Source of the DNA: Verrucomicrobiia bacterium
GTDB taxonomy: Bacteria; Verrucomicrobiota; Verrucomicrobiia; Limisphaerales; Palsa-1400
Reading direction: 5' to 3'
NCBI GenBank assembly: GCA_036272955.1
Contig: DATAXU010000026.1
Span: 1,419 to 65,418 of the forward strand
DNA length: 64,000 nucleotides
Below the pieces are notes generated by a model. That model did not search any database. It saw only the letters and a program-made list of their open reading frames with translations, and was not told the DNA's origin. The translations under genes and the position numbers were made by a program. This document shows, piece by piece, positions 15,095 to 24,946 of the stretch. Every line of letters begins with the position of its first letter. Position 1 is the stretch's first letter.

Positions 15095-16534
15095 ATGCTG
15101 AGAAATTACAACCAGGAAAAGTTTTTCGACGAAATGATGGATGCCCACGGCGGCGTCCGCTCTCATTACCGCCAATTCTGCTCCCTGTTCGAATCGCTCG
15201 ATTCAGACGAGTTCGAGGAAAAACGCCATTCCATCGACCTCGCCTTTCTCCGCCAGGGAATCACGTTCAACGTCTATGGCGATTCCCAAGGCGCCGAGCG
15301 CATTTTCCCATTCGATCTGGTCCCGCGCATCATCCCCGCCGCGGAGTGGGAACGTCTGGAACGAGGATTGATTCAACGGATCACCGCGCTGAATCTTTTT
15401 CTGCGCGATATTTATCACGAACAAAAAATCGTCAAGGACGGCGTGGTCCCTCCCTTCTATATTCTTTCCGGAAAACACTTCCGCCGGGAGTTCGTCAATA
15501 TCAAAGTCCCCAAAGACATTTACATCCATGTGTGCGGGACAGATTTGATCCGCGGCGAGGACGGCCAATACATGGTCCTTGAGGACAACGGCAGATGCCC
15601 CAGCGGCGTGAGCTACGTGCTGGAAAATCGCCGCGCGATGAAGCGCAGCTTTCCAGAAATGTTCGAGCGCATCGGCGTGCGCCCCGTGGAGCATTACCCA
15701 CAGGAGTTGCTGAAAATGCTCCAACACATTGCGCCCCCGGGTGTCGCGAATCCGACCATCGCTCTGCTCACCCCCGGCGTTTACAACAGCGCCTATTTCG
15801 AACACACGTACCTCGCTCGGCAAATGGGAATTGAAATCGTCGAAGGCCGCGACCTCGTCGTCAGCGATTCGCGGGTGTTCATGCGCACCACCAAAGGACT
15901 CCAGCCCGTCCACGTAATTTACCGGCGCATCGACGATGATTTTCTGGACCCCACTGTTTTCCGCCGCGATTCGATGCTCGGCGTCCCGGGCCTGGTCCAC
16001 GCCTATCGTTCCGGCCATGTCTCTCTCGCCAATTCCATCGGCACCGGCATTGCCGACGACAAAGTGATGTATTATTTCGTCCCGCGAATGATCAAATATT
16101 ACCTCGACCAGGATCCAATCATCCCGAACGTTCCTACGTACCTCGCGAGCGAGGAGGCCGACAAAAAATATATTTTGGAAAACCTTTCCAATCTCGTCGT
16201 CAAGGCGGCAAACGAATCGGGCGGCTACGGAATGTTGATGGGCCCGAGCGCGGACGCCAAGGAAATCGAAGCCTTCCGCCAACGCATCGTAGCCGACCCG
16301 CGCAATTACATCGGCCAGCCGATGATCCCGTTATCGCGCCATCCGACCCATGTTGAAAGCACGGATTTCCAGGGACGCCACATTGATTTGCGCCCTTACA
16401 TTATTTGCGGGGAAAAGACCACCGTCGTCCCCGGCGGCTTGACGCGCGTGGCGCTGCGTCCGGGTTCGCTCGTCGTGAATTCCTCGCAAGGCGGCGGAAG
16501 CAAGGACACCTGGGTGCTTTATGGAGACGAATAA
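15095..16534 (+). CDS. Circularly permuted type-2 ATP-grasp protein (COG2308-type amidoligase)
   Basis: GITFNVYGD...ERIFPFDLVPRII..EWERLERGLIQRITALNLFLRDIY, VLEDNGRCPSGVSYVLENR, LLTPGVYNSAYFEHTYLARQMGIEIVEGRDL and GGLTRVAL..GSLVVNSSQGGGSKDTWVL all match this family closely. I chose the ATG at 15095 (MLRNYNQEKFFDEMMD). Confidence 0.9.
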   Translation: MLRNYNQEKFFDEMMDAHGGVRSHYRQFCSLFESLDSDEFEEKRHSIDLAFLRQGITFNVYGDSQGAERIFPFDLVPRIIPAAEWERLERGLIQRITALNLFLRDIYHEQKIVKDGVVPPFYILSGKHFRREFVNIKVPKDIYIHVCGTDLIRGEDGQYMVLEDNGRCPSGVSYVLENRRAMKRSFPEMFERIGVRPVEHYPQELLKMLQHIAPPGVANPTIALLTPGVYNSAYFEHTYLARQMGIEIVEGRDLVVSDSRVFMRTTKGLQPVHVIYRRIDDDFLDPTVFRRDSMLGVPGLVHAYRSGHVSLANSIGTGIADDKVMYYFVPRMIKYYLDQDPIIPNVPTYLASEEADKKYILENLSNLVVKAANESGGYGMLMGPSADAKEIEAFRQRIVADPRNYIGQPMIPLSRHPTHVESTDFQGRHIDLRPYIICGEKTTVVPGGLTRVALRPGSLVVNSSQGGGSKDTWVLYGDE

Positions 16535-16536
16535 CG

Positions 16537-17574
16537 ATGCTTAGCCGGGTGGCCAATTGCCTCTACTGGATGTCGCGGTACATCGAGCGTGCGGAAAACA
16601 TCGCGCGCATCGTCGATGTCAACCTGCAACTGCTGCTGGATTTGCGCGACCTTGACGACGAGCGCCTCGCCGAGCATTGGATGCCGATCGTCCAAAGCAC
16701 CGGCGACGAAAGCGCCTTCCTGAAATTGCACCCGAAAGCCACCGGCCAGTCCGTGACGGAATTTCTTGTTTTCCAGCAGGCAAACCCCAACTCCATTATT
16801 TCCGCGGTTTGCCAGGCCCGTGAAAACGCCCGCATGGTGCGGGACCAGATCACGATTGAGTTTTGGGAGGAATTGAACCGGATTTATCTTTTTGTGCGCT
16901 CGCCCGAGGCGCGCAAAGTGTGGCGGCAAAGTCCGAGCGAATTTTTCCAGGAGATCAAGGCGGCGTCGCTGCACCTGGTGGGAATCGGGGACGCCACGAT
17001 CCTGCACAACGAGGGATGGTGGTTTGCGCAGGCGGGCAAATTCATTGAACGCGCCGACAAAACATCGCGAATCCTGGACGTCCGTTACGCGAGCCTCCCC
17101 GCGCAGGGCGCGCCCGTCGCGATCAGCCAAAGCGAAGCGCTCGGTTGGGCGGCGGTGCTGCGGTCGTGCAGCGCGTGGGACGCCTACAAATCCATTCGCG
17201 GCGCAGAAATTCATCCGGTCTATGTCGCGGATTTTCTTTTGTTCAACGAGGACTTTCCGAGGTCGGCGCGATTTTGCGTGGGCGAACTGAACCGCGCGTT
17301 GCGGCGGATTTCCGGCGTCCAGCCGGGGCGTTTTTCCAACGACGCCGAAAAATTGTGCGGCCGGCTGGTGGCGGCGCTGCAATTCAGCACCGTGGACGAA
17401 ATTTTCGAGCAGGGGATGCATTTGTACCTGGACCAATTCCAGGATAAATTGAATGCGATTGGCAGCGCGCTCTTTGATGCTTACATTTTCCAGGAGTTCA
17501 GCAACGATGGGGCCGATATGATGATCCAACAAGAGGAACAGCAACAGCAACAGCAGCAACGGAGCGCGCGATGA
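16537..17574 (+). CDS. Alpha-E domain protein (COG2307), partner of the permuted ATP-grasp
   Basis: Starts with MLSRVANCLYWMSRYIERAENIARIVDV, the hallmark alpha-E N-terminus. It begins 2 nt after the ATP-grasp stop. The C-terminus carries a QQEEQQQQQQQ tract. Confidence 0.9.
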   Translation: MLSRVANCLYWMSRYIERAENIARIVDVNLQLLLDLRDLDDERLAEHWMPIVQSTGDESAFLKLHPKATGQSVTEFLVFQQANPNSIISAVCQARENARMVRDQITIEFWEELNRIYLFVRSPEARKVWRQSPSEFFQEIKAASLHLVGIGDATILHNEGWWFAQAGKFIERADKTSRILDVRYASLPAQGAPVAISQSEALGWAAVLRSCSAWDAYKSIRGAEIHPVYVADFLLFNEDFPRSARFCVGELNRALRRISGVQPGRFSNDAEKLCGRLVAALQFSTVDEIFEQGMHLYLDQFQDKLNAIGSALFDAYIFQEFSNDGADMMIQQEEQQQQQQQRSAR

Positions 17575-18950
17575 AACGCGTCGGCATCCTGACTGCGGGC
17601 GGAGACACACCGGCGCTGAACGCCACGATTCACGGAGCGGTCACCCGCGCCAACCAACTCAAGATCGAAATCATCGGGTTGATCAAAGGCTTCAACTCCC
17701 TCTTCAATCCGCAATTGCCCCACGTCCATCTCAACCCGCTTTTCCAGGAGATCCCGGAATTGGACCCGACCAAAGGCGGAACGCTCATCGGTTCCTCGCG
17801 CGATTATGTGGACCCTGAGAAAACCGAGGAACTGGACCTCATCGTGTCGAGGCTGAAAAAAATCGGCATTGAAGGATTGATCTGCATCGGGGGCGACGGG
17901 ACGTTGAACGGCCTGCAACCGCTGGCGGATCGTCTGCCCACGGTCCTGGCGCCCAAAACAATCGACAACGACCTCGGCTTGAACTACCCGAGCGAGCCGG
18001 ATGAATGGGTGCGCGCCAAGGATGGAAACACCGCCGGCTACAAATATCGCCGGACGCACTCCCACGCCGTTTTTGGCCTGGACCAGATTGTCAATTACGC
18101 GACGCCCGGTTTTGCGACGGCGGTGTATGTTTCCGCTTCCGGCGTGGAGCGCATCCGCACGACCGCTGAGAGCCACCGGCGAATTGCGATTGTGGAAGTG
18201 ATGGGACGCCATTCGGGTTACATCGCGCTGGGCACGGCGTACGGGCAGCCGGACATCATCCTGGTGCCGGAGGTCCCGATTGATTTGGAACGGATGGTCG
18301 ATCGCATCAAATATCTTTATGATTTGCAGAAAAACGTTGTGATCGTCTGCGGGGAGGGAATCACCGACGAGCAGGGGCACGAGTTCGGGGCAGGATCGGA
18401 AACGGCGGACCCCGCCGGCAACGTCGTGCTGAGCGGGGCGGGGGAAGCCTTGCGGGCGATGCTGATCCGGATGATTGGCGACCGTTATTTTCAACTTTAC
18501 AGGCGGTGCGAATCGGCGCGCGAAGCGATCTTCCTGCGCAAAGTCGGCCACACCCAGCGCGGCGGGCGGCCTATTTTATTTGACAGATTTTACGCCGCGC
18601 AACTCGGCGGCAAAGCGGTGGATTTGCTCGTCGAAGGCCGCAACAACTCCGTGGCCATTCTTCAGCGCAACGACCAGAAAGGGTTCTACGTGGACGGTTA
18701 CGACGCCAACCGTTTTCGCGACCGCTGGGGGCACATCCATGCGCGGTTGATGCACCCGTCGTTTTACGACCGCGACCGGATGTTCCTGTCGCAGACCGGC
18801 ATTGATTACCTGCTGCCGATATTCACGGACGCCATCGGAGACGATGACATGGAGGCGGTGCGCACCCGGTTGTTCGCGCCGGGAAGTTTGTCGCACCCGT
18901 ATCACAGCATCAATACCGACCTTCAGAAGAGAATGCACTACCTCGAATAA
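17571..18950 (+). CDS. 6-phosphofructokinase-family kinase (459 aa, long form)
   Basis: GILTAGGDTPALNA, CIGGDGTLNG, KTIDNDL, VEVMGRHSG and GHTQRGG are all present, with an insertion of about 30 aa after TIDND. The start codon overlaps the alpha-E stop (ATGA at 17571-17574). Confidence 0.85.
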   Translation: MKRVGILTAGGDTPALNATIHGAVTRANQLKIEIIGLIKGFNSLFNPQLPHVHLNPLFQEIPELDPTKGGTLIGSSRDYVDPEKTEELDLIVSRLKKIGIEGLICIGGDGTLNGLQPLADRLPTVLAPKTIDNDLGLNYPSEPDEWVRAKDGNTAGYKYRRTHSHAVFGLDQIVNYATPGFATAVYVSASGVERIRTTAESHRRIAIVEVMGRHSGYIALGTAYGQPDIILVPEVPIDLERMVDRIKYLYDLQKNVVIVCGEGITDEQGHEFGAGSETADPAGNVVLSGAGEALRAMLIRMIGDRYFQLYRRCESAREAIFLRKVGHTQRGGRPILFDRFYAAQLGGKAVDLLVEGRNNSVAILQRNDQKGFYVDGYDANRFRDRWGHIHARLMHPSFYDRDRMFLSQTGIDYLLPIFTDAIGDDDMEAVRTRLFAPGSLSHPYHSINTDLQKRMHYLE

Positions 18951-18959
18951 AAAAATCCA

Positions 18960-21900
18960 ATGTCCATACACATCGCGCTGCAGCACCGAACCAGCTACCA
19001 CTACGACCGGTTGGTGTCGCTTGGCCCGCAAATCGCGCGATTGCGCCCCGCCCCGCATTCGCGGACGCGCATCCTGAGCTACTCGCTGACGGCGCTGCCG
19101 CAAAAACATTTCATCAACTGGCAGCAGGATCCCCAATCCAATTACCTCGCGCGCCTGGTTTTTCCCGATAAGACCGACCGGCTTGAAGTGGAAGTCAATC
19201 TCGTCGCGGAGATGGCCGTGCTCAACCCGTTCGACTTTTTCCTGGAGCCGGAAGCGGAACGCGCGCCCTTCTCCTACGCGGCGACGTTCGACCACGAGTT
19301 GGCTCCCTATCGCCTGGAGTGCGCTCCGACGCCTCGCTTAGACGAATACTACGAAAATGTCACCGGCCCTTTCGCGCAACGCAAAGGCAACGACCGGGCG
19401 CGGACGATAGATTTTTTGGTGGCCGTCAACCAAAGCCTCCACCGGGACGTCAAGTATTTGATTCGCCTCGAGCCAGGCGTGCAGACCCCGGAGGAAACGC
19501 TGCTCAACCGCAGCGGGTCGTGCCGCGATTCGGCGTGGCTGATGGTGCAACTGCTCCGGCGTTTCGGTTTCGCCGCGCGTTTTGTCAGCGGTTATCTCGT
19601 TCAGCTTGTGCCCGACGTGAAGTCGCTGGACGGCCCGTCCGGCGCGGCGAGCGATTTCACCGATCTCCATGCCTGGTGCGAAGCGTATTTGCCGGGCGCC
19701 GGATGGATTGGGCTGGACCCGACCTCCGGGCTGCTGGCGGGCGAGGGACACATTCCATTGGCGGCAACGCCCGATCCGCAAAGCGCCGCGCCGATCAGCG
19801 GGGCTGTGGACCCGTGCGAATGCAAGCTTGCGTTCGAGATGAAGGTCACGCGCATTTACGAATCCCCGCGCGTCACAAAGCCCTACACGGAGGAACAGTG
19901 GAAGGACATGGATAAAGTGGGACTTCACGTCGATGCGGATTTGCAAGAGCACGATTGCCATTTGACGATGGGAGGCGAGCCGACGTTCGTCTCCGTGTCC
20001 GATCGCGATGGGGCAGAATGGAACACAACGGCTCAAGGGCCGTCAAAACGCGCGATTGCCGACGAGTTGCTTCGCCGGCTCAAAAAACGATTTTCCAAGG
20101 GCGCGCTTTTGCATTACGGCCAGGGAAAATGGTATCCGGGAGAATCGCTTCCGCGCTGGGCGTTTTCGGCGTATTGGCGCAAGGACGGCCAGCCGCTCTG
20201 GGAAAACGAAAAACTGTTCGCCCTGGAAAGCACCAATTACGGGCATGGCAACAAGGAGGCCGAGAAATTCATTCAGGCCTTGGCGCAACGTTTGGGATGC
20301 GGCGGCAAATGGATCATGCCCGCGTACGAGGATTCGTGGTACTATCTGTGGAAAGAACGGCGGCTCCCCGTAAATGTCGATCCGCTCAAGTCAAATCTGA
20401 AAAACGAGGAGGAACGCAAGCGGCTGGCAAAAGTTCTTGAGCAGGGTCTCGGACGCGTCGTTGGTTACATCCTGCCGGTGGAACGCGCCGCCGCGGGCGC
20501 AACGCCGGGGTGGAAGACCGGCCCGTGGTATTTTCGCCCGGAACATTGTTTTTTGCTTCCGGGAGATTCTCCCATGGGATTTCGCCTTCCGCTGGAGTCG
20601 CTCCCTTGGGTTCGCGCCGGCGATTACCCGTATATATATGAGCAGGACCCCCTGGAAACGCGTTCGGCGCTTTCGCGGCGTCCGGCGCAGCCCTATCAGC
20701 GCCAGGCGCCGCTGCAACCAGTCCCGCCCGCGCCCCAGGTATCCGCGCCTTCGGTTCCCCGCACCGCTTTGTGCGTCGAAAGTCGCAACGGGCGGTTGCA
20801 TATTTTCATGCCGCCTGCGCGCGTCCTGGAGGATTATCTGGACTGCGTCGCGGCGGTCGAAGAAACGGCGAAATCGCTGGATATTCCCGTGGTGGTCGAG
20901 GGCTACGCGCCGCCGCACGATCATCGCTTGAATGTGCTGAAGGTCACGCCGGACCCTGGAGTCATCGAGGTGAACCTGCATCCGTCCGCCTCGTGGAACG
21001 AGTTGGTCGAACAAATCGAGACGCTTTACGAAGAGGCGCGGCAGGCGCGATTGAGCACGGAAAAATTTATGATGGACGGGCGGCACGTCGGGACCGGCGG
21101 CGGAAATCATCTCGTGCTCGGCGGGCCGAGTCCGGCGGAATCGCCGTTGTTGCGCCGGCCGGATTTGCTGCGGTCGGTCGTCAGCTATTGGCAAAACCAC
21201 CCGTCACTTTCGTTTTTGTTCAGCGGACTTTTCATCGGCCCCACGAGCCAGAGTCCGCGCGTCGATGAGGCGCGCAACGACTCGCTTTACGAACTGGGAG
21301 TGGCGTTTCGTCAATTGCCGGACGGCGGAAATGTTCCGCCATGGCTGGGCGACCGTTTGTTTCGGAATTTGCTGGTCGATGCGACGGGCAACACGCACCG
21401 CGCGGAATTTAGCATCGACAAGCTTTTCCCGCCGGAAAGCAGCGCGGGACGACTCGGATTGCTCGAAATGCGCGCCTTTGAAATGCCGCCGCATCCGCGC
21501 ATGAGCCTCGCGCAGCAATTGCTGGTTCGCGCTCTGGTTTCTCGGTTCTGGCGCGCACCTTATACAGAGTCGCTGGTCCCGTGGGGGACCGATATTCATG
21601 ACCGCTGGATGCTGCCGCATTTTGTGTGGGACGATTTTTGCGACGTGATCGAGGATTTGCGGCGTCACGGCTACGCGATGCAGAGCGAATGGTTTCGGCC
21701 GCATTTCGAGTTTCGTTTTCCGCAATTTGGGGATTTGGACGTACGGAACATTCACCTGGAAATACGTCAAGCATTGGAACCGTGGCATGTTTTGGGAGAA
21801 GAACCCGGGCCGGGAGGAACGGTGCGTTACGTCGATTCCTCGCTGGAACGCGTGCAAATCAAAGCGCGCGGGCTGACGGGATCGCGTTACGTGATTATGG

Positions 21901-22256
21901 CAGCCGGCTGGGCATTACCGGTGCATCCAACGGGCGTCAACGGCGAATTTGTCTGCGGACTTCGCTACCGCGCCTGGCAGCCCCCCAATTGCCTGCATCC
22001 GACCATCGGAGTCCATACGCCGCTGGTTTTTGACATTGTGGATACGTGGAATGATAAAAGCCTGGGCGGTTGCACCTATCATGTCATGCATCCGGGCGGG
22101 CTCAATTACAGCACATTTCCCATCAATGCGTACGAAGCGGAAAGCCGCCGACTCGGCCGATTCTTCAGGCAGGGGCACACGGGAGGCGTCGTCAAGCCGC
22201 GCAAGCCGGCCAGGAGCAGCGAGTTTCCCTTTACCTTGGATCTCCGCGTGTTGTAG
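18960..22256 (+). CDS. Large transglutaminase-family protein with C-terminal DUF2126 putative amidoligase region (COG4196-type)
   Basis: 1098 aa. The N-terminus MSIHIALQHRTSYHYDRLVSLGPQIARLRP is Bact_transglu_N-like. The TGase core has Cys in RSGSCRDSAW and His/Asp in DLHAWCEAYLPGAGWIGLDPTSG. It is followed by about 750 aa typical of DUF2126 proteins. Confidence 0.85.
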   Translation: MSIHIALQHRTSYHYDRLVSLGPQIARLRPAPHSRTRILSYSLTALPQKHFINWQQDPQSNYLARLVFPDKTDRLEVEVNLVAEMAVLNPFDFFLEPEAERAPFSYAATFDHELAPYRLECAPTPRLDEYYENVTGPFAQRKGNDRARTIDFLVAVNQSLHRDVKYLIRLEPGVQTPEETLLNRSGSCRDSAWLMVQLLRRFGFAARFVSGYLVQLVPDVKSLDGPSGAASDFTDLHAWCEAYLPGAGWIGLDPTSGLLAGEGHIPLAATPDPQSAAPISGAVDPCECKLAFEMKVTRIYESPRVTKPYTEEQWKDMDKVGLHVDADLQEHDCHLTMGGEPTFVSVSDRDGAEWNTTAQGPSKRAIADELLRRLKKRFSKGALLHYGQGKWYPGESLPRWAFSAYWRKDGQPLWENEKLFALESTNYGHGNKEAEKFIQALAQRLGCGGKWIMPAYEDSWYYLWKERRLPVNVDPLKSNLKNEEERKRLAKVLEQGLGRVVGYILPVERAAAGATPGWKTGPWYFRPEHCFLLPGDSPMGFRLPLESLPWVRAGDYPYIYEQDPLETRSALSRRPAQPYQRQAPLQPVPPAPQVSAPSVPRTALCVESRNGRLHIFMPPARVLEDYLDCVAAVEETAKSLDIPVVVEGYAPPHDHRLNVLKVTPDPGVIEVNLHPSASWNELVEQIETLYEEARQARLSTEKFMMDGRHVGTGGGNHLVLGGPSPAESPLLRRPDLLRSVVSYWQNHPSLSFLFSGLFIGPTSQSPRVDEARNDSLYELGVAFRQLPDGGNVPPWLGDRLFRNLLVDATGNTHRAEFSIDKLFPPESSAGRLGLLEMRAFEMPPHPRMSLAQQLLVRALVSRFWRAPYTESLVPWGTDIHDRWMLPHFVWDDFCDVIEDLRRHGYAMQSEWFRPHFEFRFPQFGDLDVRNIHLEIRQALEPWHVLGEEPGPGGTVRYVDSSLERVQIKARGLTGSRYVIMAAGWALPVHPTGVNGEFVCGLRYRAWQPPNCLHPTIGVHTPLVFDIVDTWNDKSLGGCTYHVMHPGGLNYSTFPINAYEAESRRLGRFFRQGHTGGVVKPRKPARSSEFPFTLDLRVL

Positions 22257-22270
22257 TTTCGGTTTCCGTC

Positions 22271-22921
22271 ATGGAATCCATCGCCAAAAAAAAGGCCCGC
22301 GTCGTTAAAATCATCGAGCGGCTCAAGCAAACCTATCCCGACGCGCGGCTGGCGTTGGATTTTTCAAACCCGCTGGAATTGCTGATCGCGTTGATCCTGG
22401 CCGCGCAGGCAAGGGACGAGCGCGTCAACGTCGTCACCGCCGGGTTGTTCAAGAAATATCGCACCGCAGCCGACTGGGCGGCCGCTCCGGCGGCGACGCT
22501 CCAAAAGGAAATCAGCCAGATCACGTTTTTTCGCAACAAGACCCGTTCAATACAAGGCGCCTCCCGGATGCTCGTCGAAAAATTCGGCGGCAAGGTGCCG
22601 GATAATTTGGACGATCTTTTGACGTTGCCGGGAGTCGGGCGCAAGACGGCGAATGTTTTGTTGGGAAACGCCTTTGGCCGTCTGACGATCGGCGTTGATC
22701 GCCACGTGGCGCGCGTGTCCGGGCGGCTCGAATTAACGACGCAGACCGACCCCGATCTGATCGAGGAAGATTTGACCAGAATCGTGCCGGAAAAGGACCG
22801 GGTGAAATTCTGCCATCTATTCCAATATCATGGCCGCCAAATCTGCGTTGCCAAAAAACCAAAATGCCCCGTGTGCCCGATTAACTCCCTGTGTCCGTTT
22901 CCTAAGATCGGAATTCGCTGA
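22271..22921 (+). CDS. nth: Endonuclease III (DNA glycosylase/AP lyase)
   Basis: HhH-GPD motif LLTLPGVGRKTANVLLGNAFG, catalytic-region VDRHVARVSGRL, and C-terminal 4Fe-4S cluster loop CVAKKPKCPVCPINSLC. I chose the ATG at 22271. Confidence 0.92.
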   Translation: MESIAKKKARVVKIIERLKQTYPDARLALDFSNPLELLIALILAAQARDERVNVVTAGLFKKYRTAADWAAAPAATLQKEISQITFFRNKTRSIQGASRMLVEKFGGKVPDNLDDLLTLPGVGRKTANVLLGNAFGRLTIGVDRHVARVSGRLELTTQTDPDLIEEDLTRIVPEKDRVKFCHLFQYHGRQICVAKKPKCPVCPINSLCPFPKIGIR

Positions 22922-22952
22922 ATACCTGGCGTAATTCTGTGTCCAACTGATT

Positions 22953-24422
22953 GTGAAAAAGCAAAACTCAGTTCCTTTCGGCGCAACCCGGATGACTCGC
23001 CGCCGGTTGCTTACCTCCACCGCCAGCCTTGCCGCCGCCGCCTTCGCCTCGTCGTTGCTGCCGCCAAATCTCCGAAAAGCATTGGCCGATCCCCCCAAAC
23101 GGAGCGGTTTGCACGACATCAAACATGTCGTCGTCCTCATGCAGGAGAACCGCTCGTTCGATCACTACTACGGAACCATGGCCGGCGTGCGCGGCTTTGA
23201 CGATCCCACCGCGTTGACTTTGCCGAATGGAAAATCGATTTTTCACCAGCCTGACGTGGAGCACCCCGACGGTTACCTGTTGCCGTTCCATTTGGACACG
23301 CGCGCTACCAGCGCCCAGAAAATCCCTTCGACGAGCCACGCCTGGGGCGTTCAGCACTCCTCATGGAACGAAGGGAAAATGGACAACTGGCTGGCCGCCC
23401 ACCGCAAAGCCGACGGCGTCAACGGACCGTTTTGCATGGGCTATCACACCCGTGCCGATATTCCGTTTCAATTCGCCCTCGCCGAGGCGTTCACCGTCTG
23501 TGACGCATACCATTGTTCGCTTTTGGGCCCGACGTGGCCAAACCGCATGTATTGGATGACGGGGACCATCGATCCGGACGGGCATCACGGTGGGCCGGTT
23601 GTGCATAATAAAATGCCGGACGGCGGCTTTACGTGGACGACTTACCCGGAACGTTTGGAAAAGGCCGGCGTAAGCTGGAAGGTCTATCAGCAAAAAGACA
23701 ACTTCGGCTGCAATCCGCTGGAATATTTCAAACCGTTCATCAATTCGCCCTCCACTTCGTCACTTTATACGAGAGGAATGGTGCGCCGGCCCGAGGGCGA
23801 GTTCGAGCACGACGCCATCAACGATAAATTGCCCGCGGTTTCGTGGATCATTCCAACGGCCGCCCAATCCGAACATCCCGATTACATGCCGGCCGCGGGC
23901 GCTGCATTCGTCGCCAGCAAACTGGACGCGATTGCCGCAAACCCGGACCTCTGGGCAAAAACCGCGTTCATCATCAGCTACGACGAGAATGACGGCATTT
24001 TCGATCACGTCGTCCCCCCGGTCCCGCCGCCCGGAACTCCCGGTGAATTTGTTCACGGTTTGCCGATTGGCGCAGGATTCCGCGTGCCGTGCGTCATCGT
24101 TTCGCCGTGGACTGTCGGCGGCTGGGTGTGCAGCGAGAATTTTGACCACACCTCCATCCTGCGATTTCTCGAACAATGGACCGGCGTCAAGGAAACCAAC
24201 ATCAGCGACTGGCGGCGAAAAACTTTTGGCGACCTGACTTCCCCGTTCCGGTTCGACGACCCGAAGGCCGATCCGCCCCTGTTGCCCGACACGAGCGGCC
24301 CGCTGGCGCAGGCCCATTATGACGCGGCCTATCTTCCGAAGCCGGCGGCTCCCAATTCCGGCCAGTCGATGCCCGTGCAGGAAAAAGGCGTGCGCAAACG
24401 TATTGTGTCGCGCGCTGTTTAA
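22953..24422 (+). CDS. Phosphoesterase-family protein (phospholipase C / AcpA acid phosphatase type) with twin-arginine signal
   Basis: MTRRRLLTSTASLAAAAFA is Tat-like. HVVVLMQENRSFDHYYG is the family signature. The track start is GTG at 22953; the ATG at 22992 is an alternative. Confidence 0.8.
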   Translation: MKKQNSVPFGATRMTRRRLLTSTASLAAAAFASSLLPPNLRKALADPPKRSGLHDIKHVVVLMQENRSFDHYYGTMAGVRGFDDPTALTLPNGKSIFHQPDVEHPDGYLLPFHLDTRATSAQKIPSTSHAWGVQHSSWNEGKMDNWLAAHRKADGVNGPFCMGYHTRADIPFQFALAEAFTVCDAYHCSLLGPTWPNRMYWMTGTIDPDGHHGGPVVHNKMPDGGFTWTTYPERLEKAGVSWKVYQQKDNFGCNPLEYFKPFINSPSTSSLYTRGMVRRPEGEFEHDAINDKLPAVSWIIPTAAQSEHPDYMPAAGAAFVASKLDAIAANPDLWAKTAFIISYDENDGIFDHVVPPVPPPGTPGEFVHGLPIGAGFRVPCVIVSPWTVGGWVCSENFDHTSILRFLEQWTGVKETNISDWRRKTFGDLTSPFRFDDPKADPPLLPDTSGPLAQAHYDAAYLPKPAAPNSGQSMPVQEKGVRKRIVSRAV

Positions 24423-24946
24423 TTCGGCGAAGGCACGGAAATAACAGGGGATTGGCCGCCCGGCCCGCGCCACTCGCGCCAGTCGGTCATGATCTGGCGC
24501 GCCTCCGCCGTGCCGGCGTTGTGCCACGAATCTTCGTGCGGCCTTTTCACAAAAGTGTTATCCTGAAAGTAGGCGCTGTTCTGCGAGGGAATTTTTTCCA
24601 GGAACGGCTGTTTGCCGGCGTGCGCCGTCGCCGCCCGCTGTAGCAGGAATCTGAATTCGGGGCTGTATTTCTCGAGGTAGGCAATTTTTAATTGACTCAC
24701 GTCATCGCCCAACCCTTGGAAACCGATCACTACAGCCCGCACCCGCGCGTCTGTATCGCCGTCCGGCGGAATGAGATCGCGCGGCGCGGCGTAGAGGCGT
24801 TTCGCGCCCTGATCATAAAACCACACCCGGGCGCCGCCTTCGCCTCCGCGAATATGCCGGACCCGGCCCGTCGCAAAAATAACGGCGAGGGCCGCCAGCA
24901 CGAGAACGCTCCCGGTGGCAAAAACGGTTTTGAGTGGCTCCTTCAA
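24419..24946 (-). CDS. Hypothetical membrane-anchored protein (175 aa), translationally coupled to the DUF1559 gene
   Basis: The proposed TTG start at 24946-24944 overlaps the TGA stop of the upstream gene (TTGA). The N-terminus (L/M)[24 protein letters not shown] is a signal anchor. The longer track ORF (to 25219) would overlap the DUF1559 gene by 270 nt. Confidence 0.45.
   Translation of the reverse strand: MKEPLKTVFATGSVLVLAALAVIFATGRVRHIRGGEGGARVWFYDQGAKRLYAAPRDLIPPDGDTDARVRAVVIGFQGLGDDVSQLKIAYLEKYSPEFRFLLQRAATAHAGKQPFLEKIPSQNSAYFQDNTFVKRPHEDSWHNAGTAEARQIMTDWREWRGPGGQSPVISVPSPN

Noticed and set aside
12972-18551. Long antisense ORFs over EboE/TatD (12972-14078 +), the ATP-grasp gene (15203-16282 -), alpha-E (16519-17610 -) and PFK (17481-18551 -)
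   Set aside because: Each is in codon register with the annotated sense gene over its main part (checked arithmetically). Each has low-complexity Arg/Gly/Ala-rich translations, and the sense genes carry strong family motifs.
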